A stretch of DNA of 41,786 nucleotides from Malacoraja senta (Eukaryota): positions 186,001 through 227,786 of the forward strand of contig JAXLNO010000113.1 in NCBI GenBank assembly GCA_038087875.1. Reading direction: 5' to 3'. Below, one piece after another: positions 22,736 through 31,693 of the stretch. The notes below the pieces were generated by a model. The model saw only the letters and a program-made list of their open reading frames with translations, searched no databases and had not been told where the DNA came from. The position numbers and the translations under genes were made by a program. Positions within the stretch are counted from its first letter, which is position 1. Each line of letters opens with the position of its first letter.

Positions 22736-23794
22736 GCTGGAAATGTCTTCAGAGCGAACATTGACTTTGTTTGATAACGGAATGCAATCAAATGTGTTTT
22801 ACTTCCCAATGTTATTATTTTTTAGTCCATAAAGATGGATTAATTATATTGTGAACATGTGAAACATTAAAACCGCAGTGTTCGATTGTCACTGCTGCCG
22901 TTGACACATTATTACAGAATTCATTTAAACACATTTCAATGCTCTTAATATGGAGTATCAGTACTGTAGTTATTTAATGAGCAACATTCACAACTATACA
23001 TTGGATTTATCCAGGTTTTACTTCTACAGTCGATCATATACATCACAAATTTGGTCAGGAGATATTTCAATTGAAATTTTAACGTTAATACTGAAGTTGG
23101 AATGATGGAAACAGCGTTTATCAATAATTTTTTTAAATCTGGTGCTTACAAACTGGGTATCTTCATTGCTGTTCACAACACGTACATCTAATCTGAATGT
23201 CTGGTAATGTGGCGTCTTGACACCTTTAAATATATTACCAAAAGACCATTTGCTGTAGTTATGTCCTTTGGCCATCTCTTGTCAGTTAGTGTAATGTTTA
23301 ACCTATCCTTTTGTATTACTATTGGGCAGTGCATATTAAGAATATAATTTACTGGTTGGACAATTCTACCCAACAGACAGAATGGATAAGAATGGAGAAA
23401 GAGGATTGTTTTCCTTGTAATATAGGAGCGATCCTCTTCTCCCCGATAAAACTGAACAACACAATATATAAGAACCCAATTATACATGATACAATAAGAA
23501 TTTGGAAATAAATAAAATTATCCCTAAAATTAAGAAATCTATCATTGTTAATGCCAATAGTGAATAATCCTTCATTTAAACCATCTTTCATTGATAAAAC
23601 ATATAACCAATGGGAAAGAATGGGAATTAAAAGGATCGGTGATATGTATGAAATGGGAAACCTATTATCATTCCAACAATTACAATGAAAATTTAAACTG
23701 AAAAATAACCAATATTTTAAATATCTTCAGATTTGCGATTTCATGAAGAAATACATACAAAGATATCAAAACATAACTTTTGATCCACTGAAAG

Positions 23795-24833
23795 TAGGTA
23801 TGTTACAAAACTTACCTTCAGTCGCGCTGTAATTCTGCCACTGGCCGTGTGCGCGATTTTGGCGCCTTTAAGGGGGGGCGGGGTTAAAACGCGGGTTTCT
23901 CCTCCCTTGTCCTGGTTAATATTTTGTTGGAGTACAAGCCTTGGCTGAAGAATCGTTCCTAGTGGCATTTTGTGTATTTTTTATTTTTATTAAATCGTCA
24001 ATGTCAGCGCTAGAGTAATTTTAAAAGCAGCTCCAGAAACGTCAACGCCGATAACGGGGACGGATTTCACACACGGGACAGGTAAACGAAAGTGGTTTCT
24101 TTAAATGTATAAAAGTGCTTCTTAAGAAGCCTTTAATTCACATTTTTTCATGCGACACGGTGATTTTATTCCCCGAATTAACGGCAGTATTTTTCATGCC
24201 AATACGGGGTTAAATTCACCGCAAATGAACGTTCCAAAAGATCGCGTTCCAGAAATCCTCACTCGCAAGATGAATTAAATGCCCATTAATTTACAGGTAT
24301 TAAACATTCAATTCCTTCCATTTGGCCTGTAAATTCATGAAAATTAGATTTAAAAATTATGTTATAGTGTGAATTATTGTGTGAATGTTATTTGGACACT
24401 TAGGCTATTTAAAAATGTTAATCTATTCTTAAGAAATTGATAGATGTTTAGATCTAGTAATTGAATTTTGTAATTAGCTACAATTAGGTAACTAACTTAT
24501 TATATGCTTTACTTTCATGTCTTCGAAGTAAGATTGTTTCATATTTGTTTCAGAATGCTTCAATCTATAATAACTGAAAATTTCTTTCAGTTATCATAAT
24601 TTTTAAGAAAGTTATGGGCTTTTAACTGTCCTCCATCACAGCTTTTGTGTTAAGTCAATGGAAAAGCAATAGGGAACTAGATGCTAATTTCTGAGTATGA
24701 TAATGGCCATAACTTTTTTAATACTGAAGATATGAAAGTGAATTAAGTGTCAAATTAAACTTCTTTTTATGCTTTATCTGATGGGATAAATTGCACTTTA
24801 TTTTTAAAATCTCAAAATTTTGTAACATTGCTA
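23795..24833. mobile_element. Non-autonomous DNA transposon, superfamily unresolved
   Basis: TIRs AGTAGGTATGTTACAAAA / TTTTGTAACATTGCTACT; flanks CTGAAAG / CTGGAAG; removal restores L1 FDPLEETM. Confidence 0.82.
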
Positions 24834-26519
24834 CTGGAAGAAACAATGAATATTAAGGCTGACTCACAGAAATTAATATCATATTTATATAATAGTATTT
24901 TAAATATAGACCTACCATCGACAGAGGTACTTAGAGAAGAGTGGGAACGGGAATTAATGATAAAAAATTACGAAGGTTACATGGGAAAAGTATTTGATAT
25001 ATATACACAAATGTTCGATTAATGCAAGACATAATTTAATTCAATTTAAAATTTTACATAGATTATATTATTCAAAAACTAGATTGAATACATTTTACTC
25101 AAATATATCCCCCATTTGTGATAAATGTCTATCCCAAAACGCAACTATAACACACTCTTTCGTTTCCTGCATAAAACGTTATAAATTTTGGAGTGATATT
25201 TTTGACATATTTACAAAATTAATCAAGATAAAAATGGAACCTAATACTGAAATGATTATATTTGGAGTAATGGAAGATGGGAATAAATTGAACTCATCTC
25301 AAAATTTATTTTTAAATTATGGTTTAATAATGGCAAAGAAACTAATACTTAAATTCTGGTAAAATACACCAATACCAACGCTTAAAATGTGGATTTCAAG
25401 CATGTTGGACACCGCACATCTTGAGGAAATGCGATTCCTCCTAATAGATAAATCAGACCAATTCTTAACGAGTTGGTCTCCATTTATCGTCTTTTTAGAA
25501 GCATATGGTGCAACACAATTGTAGAAGCTAACTGTTCCAGGACTGGGTGAGGGATGGTCAAGATTATAAATAATGATCTCCTTAATTTACTCTTTTTCTT
25601 TCTATCTTCTTTTCTTCACTTTTCTTCTTTCACTCTTTTTTTTTCCTTTTTCACACACTATATCTCTCACGTTTTTCTATCTTTTATTATCTATTCTCTT
25701 TTTCTTTTTCTTCTTCATTATAATAAAAAAAATAAGAAGCTGTACATAAAATGTATTATGTCAATATATATTAGGCACTTTGGTGCCATATGATTGTACT
25801 TACTTCTAATAAAATAAAAATATTTTAAAAAAAGATTAGAATGAGGGATAAAAAAACTTAAAACATCGATAAGACAAAACAAACTGCATTTTTTAATCTC
25901 TCCTCTGTTTAAGAGTAAAAAAAACCCAAAGAATAAACAGTTAATTACCACATAAATAGATAAGCATATCCAAAGAACAAAGGAAAAGAAAATAACTGTG
26001 TGGCTCCACCCCACACAACTGCAACTTCTTAAAGCGACTACCTCTTAAAACATTTTTTTCTGTGACAATTCACTCACAAGTTGCCACACCTCATTCAATA
26101 TACTAAATCTCACAGATATTCACACATTTTAAAAGAATACAATTCTCACTCAAAAGTAACACAATTATACACAACTTCAAGGAAATTATTCAAACTCAAA
26201 ACTTTAATACACCCAAATACACTCATAGGTTTGCCCACCATTCCACATGGGATGTACTGAATTAACATGGAATTTTCACAAAGGAAAATGGGCATCACAA
26301 TTAGGTTTTGAAATTGTATCTCCATGGTTTTCCCTCCTTACCAACATCCGTAAGGCAGTGTATATGATATAAAAGAATGGAGAGAAAAACATCAGTTACA
26401 CAAACTTTTCCAAAAGGGGTTAGCCAGAGGCCCGTCAAAGAGTCAATGGCGCCGCCCTCTCATTTCCAAAAATCGCGCTGCGCACTAAGAGGAGTCCCTC
26501 TGTATTAACATTACATCAC

Positions 26520-27112
26520 CCATGTCTTGGCAAGGCCATTCTGTTTACTAGAATCTTTGATTCTGTGGGGACCAATGTGCAGAATTTGGTGCTTTGGCAG
26601 AGGCAAGGGCCGACAGTAGTACCCTGTCTCAATAATACTCTGGCGCTGCATTGTTTAACTCTCTCACTGCTGGATTCATTAGTGCTCTTCCTTCCTCTTC
26701 TGCATCAGCCCTTTCTCCTCTTTTCTCCTCTTCCTCTTCAGTCTCCGAGTCGCTATTTGTTCCCTATTCCCCCCCCGAATTTGTTCCTTATCCCCCCTTC
26801 TTCCAAAAACAGTCGCCATGCCAGACAAGGGGTCCCCGGGGTTATTTAGTTTTAGCGCCCTTTTTATTTAACCAATTGTTGCTTAATTTGCGACTCAATC
26901 AGGCCTTTTCTTTTTCGGCCTTTTCCTGTTGTTTTATCATGCCAATTACATTCTGCTTGTAACACATCCCAATTCTTAGGTACACCATCCCTTTTCATCT
27001 TGTCTGCCTTTTTAACAGTTTCTACATTCCATAGTATTTGTTACTTTTAGGATTCAAATAACACATGTTGGACGGGCGTTTCCCCGACATTTTTATCCAA
27101 ATTATTCCCCAT
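26520..27112 (-). pseudogene. gag: ERV gag N-terminal (matrix-like) remnant
   Basis: MGNNLDKNVGETPVQHV (Met-Gly myristoylation-type start) then basic and acidic stretches with stops; position fits the ERV layout. Confidence 0.55.
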
Positions 27113-27416
27113 AGCCACGAGTCTCTTCTCAGCCTGGCTACTGCTCAGCCTAGCCGCGAGTTTCTCTCTGCCCGGCTACTTCTCAAACTAGCTGCGAGTT
27201 TCTCTCTGCCCGGCTACTTCTCAACCTAGCCGCAAGGTTCTCTCTGCCCGGCTACTTCTCAACCTAGCCGCAAGTTTCTCTCTGCCCGACTACTTCTTAA
27301 TCTAGCCGCGAGTTTCTCTCAGCCCGGCTAGTTCTCAATCTAGCCGTGAGTTTCTCTCTGCCTGGCTACTTCTCAATCTAACCGCGAGTTTCTCTCAGCC
27401 CAGCTACTTCTCAATC
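27112..27416. repeat. 38-bp tandem repeat x8 in the ERV leader
   Basis: Unit CTAGCCGCGAGTTTCTCTCTGCCCGGCTACTTCTCAA(C/T/A); starts at 27150, 27188, 27226, 27264, 27302, 27340, 27378 plus a degenerate first copy. Confidence 0.95.
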
Positions 27417-27511
27417 TCTCTCAGTAGTAAAACATCTTACTGACTACTTTACCAGCAGCAAAATCTCTTACCAACTACTTTCCTAGTAGCAAAAATACAT
27501 TAATTTAAGAC

Positions 27512-27640
27512 AAACCTTTTTAGTTTGCTCTATCCAATCGCCGACTACTCTCTTTGTAGCAAAGTACATAATTTACGGGAAACCTTTTTAGTTTGTTCTA
27601 TCCAATCGCCGACTACTCTCTTGGTAGCAAAACACATACA
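27512..27640. repeat. 68-bp tandem duplication in the ERV leader
   Basis: AAACCTTTTTAGTTTG.TCTATCCAATCGCCGACTACTCTCTT.GTAGCAAA at 27512 and 27580. Confidence 0.9.
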
Positions 27641-29100
27641 CAATTGGTGTCAGTTAGAGTACGGGATGCATATGAGAAGGGCTTGAAGCCGCCGTCAGTA
27701 GTGGTCTGCAGGCACACTGCGCCTAGCCCGTTCTGGGACGCATTGCAGGTGATCGTAACTGGTAACTCCAGATCAAAATAGGAAAGTGTTGGTGCACTAG
27801 CCAGCTGTAGCTTCAGGGTGTCAAAAGCCCTTTGGTGCTGCGGGCACCAAGACCACGCCATGTCTTTCTGTATCAGTTCGTGCAGGGGTGCTGAAAAGTC
27901 ACTGAGGTTGGGAATAAATTTACCCAGGTAGTTGACCATGCCGAAGTATCGTTGTAAACCCACGACATCAGTGGGAACTGGCAGTTCGTTGAAAGCTGCA
28001 GTTTTCAGCGGATCTGGTCTGAGACCGCTGCTGGTAAAAACATGTCCAACGTAAGTGACTTCGGGAACTCGGAACCTGCACTTTAGTGAATTCAGTTTGA
28101 GATTAATGTCTTTGGCACGGTCGAGTACTCTCTTCAGATTGGCGTCATGTTCAGCTAAGTCGCGACCGTAGACGGGAATATCATCAACAATGATGGCGCA
28201 CGGATACTCTGGAAACAACTGTTCCATAGTGCGCTGGAAAACCTCACTGGCGAAGTTGATGCCGAAAGGCAACCGTAGAAATTTGAAGCGGCCAAAGGGT
28301 GTGCCGAACGTAGTGAGGTTTGACGAGTCTGGGTCCAGTGGCATCTGCCAAAACTAGCTTTTGGCATCCAGGACTGAAAACACTGCTGGGTTACCAATCT
28401 GTGCAGCGACATCTTCTGTGGTTCTCATTGGGTAGTGAGGGCGCTTGATGGCAGTGTTAAGATCTCTGGGATTGATGCAGATGCGGATCTCCTTTTTGTT
28501 TTTCGTAGTTGCGACCACCATGGTGGAAACACAGTCAGACGGATCAGTTACTTCAGCGATAACACCCATTGAGACCATGCGTTTGAGTTCATCGTATATT
28601 CTGTCACGCATGGCATGTGGAACTCGATGTGGCGCTCGGACCACAGGTGTGACTTTGGGATCAAGTGTGATACGATATTTGACGGGCAACTTGCCAAGTT
28701 CATCATTAAACAGGTCTTTGTACTGAGAGAGTAGTTGCTGAGTGGACTCATCAGTGAGGTAGTTTGTGGACAGCGCATCCAAAGTACACCAGGCCTAGAT
28801 CGTGGCATGCGTTGATACCAAGCAAAGTCTCTGAATTTGCTTTAACAATGTAAAACTACAAGGTGCGGGTCTGTTCATCTACAGTACATTTCAAATCAGC
28901 TTTTCCAAGTGGGTGCAGGATCTCTCCCCCATAAGCCCGAAGCGTTGGAGAGGCCTTATCTATTCGTTAAGCATTGCGAATTTTACTGAACTCCCTTAAT
29001 GATATGTTTACCTTTGTGCTCGTATCAACCTTTGTGCTCGTATCAACCTTGGCAAGAAGAGGCCTGTTATTCACGAGTACAGTTACATCAGGGTCAAGTA
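27641..29100 (-). pseudogene. pol: Gypsy pol: protease, RT, partial RNase H
   Basis: AKVDTS (protease, with an 18-bp duplication), IRICINP, FSVLDA, RLPFG, IVDDI, CNASQNGLGAV, YASRTLT. Confidence 0.92.
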
Positions 29101-29284
29101 GCTCGTTAGACGAAGGGAGGAGGGGGTGAATAGCAGAGCTGTTATCAGCACTGTGAGCACAGCATGGGGGACGACAACTCAGGCTCTTGAGAGTCAGTAT
29201 CAGTGAACTCCTGTTGAAGCAGGTGTAAGCTTGTCCTTGAAGCACTTGTAGTCCCACGGGAACGACAACATCGAGCAAAGTGGT

Positions 29285-30179
29285 TTAATCTCTTACAGAA
29301 ATTGCAGGCTTTTCCGCAAGCAACACAGAACTGACGACCATTCGCATGAAAATAGTTACAATTCTGACAGCGAGTAGCAGGCACGTTAGAGGTTTTGCGA
29401 GAGGAGAAGTCTGTAAGATTAACGCTATGTTGCTGGCGAGGACAGAAAGAGACAGGATCAGCATGGGGAGAGAGTTAGATAGAGCTCTAGGGGCTAGTGG
29501 AATCAAGGGATATGGGGAGAAGGCAGGCACGGGTTATTGATTGGGGACGATCAGCCATGATCGCAATGAATGGCGGTGCTGGCTCAAAGGGCCGAATGGC
29601 CTCCTCCTGCACCTATTTTCTATGTTTCTATGTAATCTCTGAAATACGGCATGAGTGGATAGCCTGGTCGAGGGTCAACTCAGTGTTGCGAAGCAGCTCA
29701 GCTCTCAGCTTGTTATCAATCATGCCCACTACCAGCTTGTCCCGAACAAGTTCATCCCGTAACTCACCAAAGTGACAGCGCGCAGCCATGTGTTTCAGGT
29801 CACTGATAAATCGTTCAATAGGCTCATCGACCTGCTGTAAACGAGCATAGAACGTTGTCCTTTCAATTATGTGGTTTGAAGGCAGATCACATAGTTCTCT
29901 GAATTTTCTTAGTAGAACAATAGGGTCATCCATAGTTTCAGCAGGAGCCAGGACCTGGACGTTGTCATCCAAAACAGCAGGAGCAAAAACGAAGTTGTCA
30001 GCTCGATTCATTGCCTCAGGTCCCGCAAGATTGAGCAGAGCAGATGCACGAACTTCAGGAGGGTCATTACGATGAACGATGCGAGCATAATGAGTGTAGT
30101 CATGCTCGAAGAGACGCCATCGCTCAGCAATGTCTGAGTAAAAGATCAGAGGGCTCGGTCGGCGACACGAATTAGCCAT
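29285..30179 (-). pseudogene. gag: Gypsy gag interrupted by a CR1 tail
   Basis: ORF 29628-30179 (ERTTFYARLQQVDEPIERFISDL, VRDKLVVG) and CNFCKRLNHFARCC knuckle near 29270-29310. Confidence 0.88.
29471..29633 (+). mobile_element. CR1 3'-end fragment
   Basis: Matches the CR1 3'UTR and TTCTATGTTTCTATGT tail. Confidence 0.9.
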
Positions 30180-30250
30180 AACGGAGATAACAGAGGCACA
30201 AATTAATGAATGAAAATAAAACCCGATAAACTAAGCGGAGTGGGTCCGAA

Positions 30251-30266
30251 TCAGTTTCTGACACCA
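30251..30266 (-). promoter_or_regulatory. Primer-binding site, tRNA-Leu-like
   Basis: TGGTGTCAGAA directly after the LTR-terminal ...TTACA on the minus strand. Confidence 0.8.
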
Positions 30267-30472
30267 TGTAACAAGGTGACCCAAACATACGTTAAGACAC
30301 AACACATTTTTATTAAAGCACTTACAGCATAGGACCTGCAGTATGTTACAGTTCCGAGCTGCTACATCTACTGCCTGACGTAGGCAAGTTCTTAATATTA
30401 TAAAGCACGCATTAGGCTGGACTTCTACTCACAAGCACTAATGATTGGCTAGCAAGCAATAGCCAATCTACA
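30267..30472 (-). repeat. Gypsy 5' LTR (~206 bp)
   Basis: TGTA...TACA ends, AATAAA on minus strand at ~30308-30313, adjacent to the PBS. Confidence 0.7.
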
Positions 30473-30764
30473 CACTCCATTGCAAAATGAGCCATTTTAC
30501 AGTTGAATTGCTTAGATGATCAAGATCCCGCTGTAAGTTTTGATGATTTGTCAGGGAATTAATTTTATTTTGTTCTCATTACGAGCTGGCATGTTGAGAG
30601 CAGAATGTTGTGATTCTTTGTTGTGAATTGTTGTGGTTCTAAAAGCTTTTGCTTTGAAATATCCTAATCAGTAATGCTGAACGATTAATCAAAAACAGAA
30701 AATGCTGGAAATGTGAAATGTCTTACACATTTAATTATAAAAATAGTTCATAGAAATAAATCGG

Positions 30765-30875
30765 GTTTGGGAAATGTCTGTGTTAATTGATATCTGTTAT
30801 TGGACTGTATAGAGACCACCCCCATGTGGTTCGGCCCCTCAAGGTTCGGGGACCTATAAAAGGCCGCTCCCACGA
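30765..30875 (+). repeat. Partial ERV LTR (U3/TATA region)
   Basis: About 5 differences over ~97 bp versus 40406-40503; TATAAAA at 30855. Confidence 0.85.
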
Positions 30876-31693
30876 GGTCCTGTGCGCTAGTGTGTTAAAT
30901 TATTGTAAATTGTAGAAATCCAGCATCGTCTTTTTTAGTATTGTTATTGGATCCGAATTGTATCAATACTTTGTGTATGTAAAAAGATTTAGAGTGTATT
31001 AAGATTTAGAAAGTTAAAATTTAGAGTTCACGGACTGCTATTTGTATTGCCTGTGTGAGTGCTTAAGGAATTCTGGGTGTTAGATAATTGAAGTAAAAGT
31101 GTGTTTGAATTAAATATTTGTATTTGTTTAAATCGGGATTGTAGTATTGTTAGAATCCGATTCGTGGTGGTTCGATCGGGGTTCGTATTCTTTCAATCGC
31201 TGTGTCGGGGGAGGAGTCGTTCTGTTGACCGAGTACGCCACGAGGAGGATTTATTAGAGTATGTGATTTATGATAAATGATTGTGGTTTATGCAGGAGTG
31301 TGGTTGTGCCTGATAATAATAAGCAGCGTGATCTCCTGTTTGTGTACTGTGTTACTTGCGTGTCTAAAGCTAATTTTCAGGTGTTTCGATTGAGGATTAA
31401 ACGAGTTGCGAGAATGTGTTTGATAGTGCTCGGATGTGTTTGATTGTTCCTTGGAGTACCCTGATCTTTGAATGACTGGGGATTGTGGAAATTGTAAGGT
31501 TGAAAGGGTGTGGACTTGTGGGAGATAGAAGAATTTTAATAAGAGTAGGAATGGTGGAGCAAAGGAGTAAAAAAGTGCGAGGCTGCGGACGCTTCAGGGC
31601 CATTAGTCACTGTTCAAGAGCGAGCCTGATAAATTTAGGCATTCAAAGGAAGGAGTGAAGGACTTAGGAATTCTGTTTTGGTTGTTCGGAGGC

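Larger units (their letters stand above)
21189..23296. mobile_element. hAT-like non-autonomous composite insertion, right end lost
   Basis: Begins CAGGGCTCGAAATTA at the break in L1 ORF2; no matching right TIR or second copy of CTCTAATA; L1 resumes near YYYWA with sequence missing. Confidence 0.55.
18737..25524 (+). pseudogene. L1 ORF2 (endonuclease, RT, CCHC), with stops, a deletion at the YADD motif and two insertions
   Basis: SWNIRG, LQETH, GGDFN, IDYF, SDH; KTPGPDG, SLDAEKAFD, GNRQGCALSPLLF, SLYA then deletion at ~20862; CDKC-x8-H-x4-C near 25120. Confidence 0.95.
14689..25829 (+). mobile_element. Full-length L1-clade LINE with three nested DNA elements
   Basis: TSD AAAAGATTAGAATGA(GGG) at 14674-14688 and 25830-25844; G-rich 5' end, ORF1, ORF2, AATAAA at ~25808 and A-rich tail. 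Confidence 0.95.
11595..27640 (-). mobile_element. Endogenous retrovirus (class I, gamma/epsilon-like env), internally deleted, split by L1
   Basis: Minus-strand order: leader - gag start - integrase remnant - env - PPT - LTR; the L1 TSD shows 14673 and 25845 were contiguous. Confidence 0.8.
27641..30472 (-). mobile_element. Gypsy (Mag-like) LTR retrotransposon, 5' half
   Basis: LTR, PBS, gag, zinc knuckle, protease, RT and RNase H in order; integrase and 3' LTR absent. Confidence 0.92.

Noticed and set aside
27112..27416. CRISPR-like regular array
   Set aside because: Units are head-to-tail with no unique spacers, no cas genes, eukaryotic context
11595..30472. Single replicated Gypsy-env chimera with paired LTRs
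   Set aside because: The two terminal LTRs show no evident homology and no shared TSD; kept only as a junction observation
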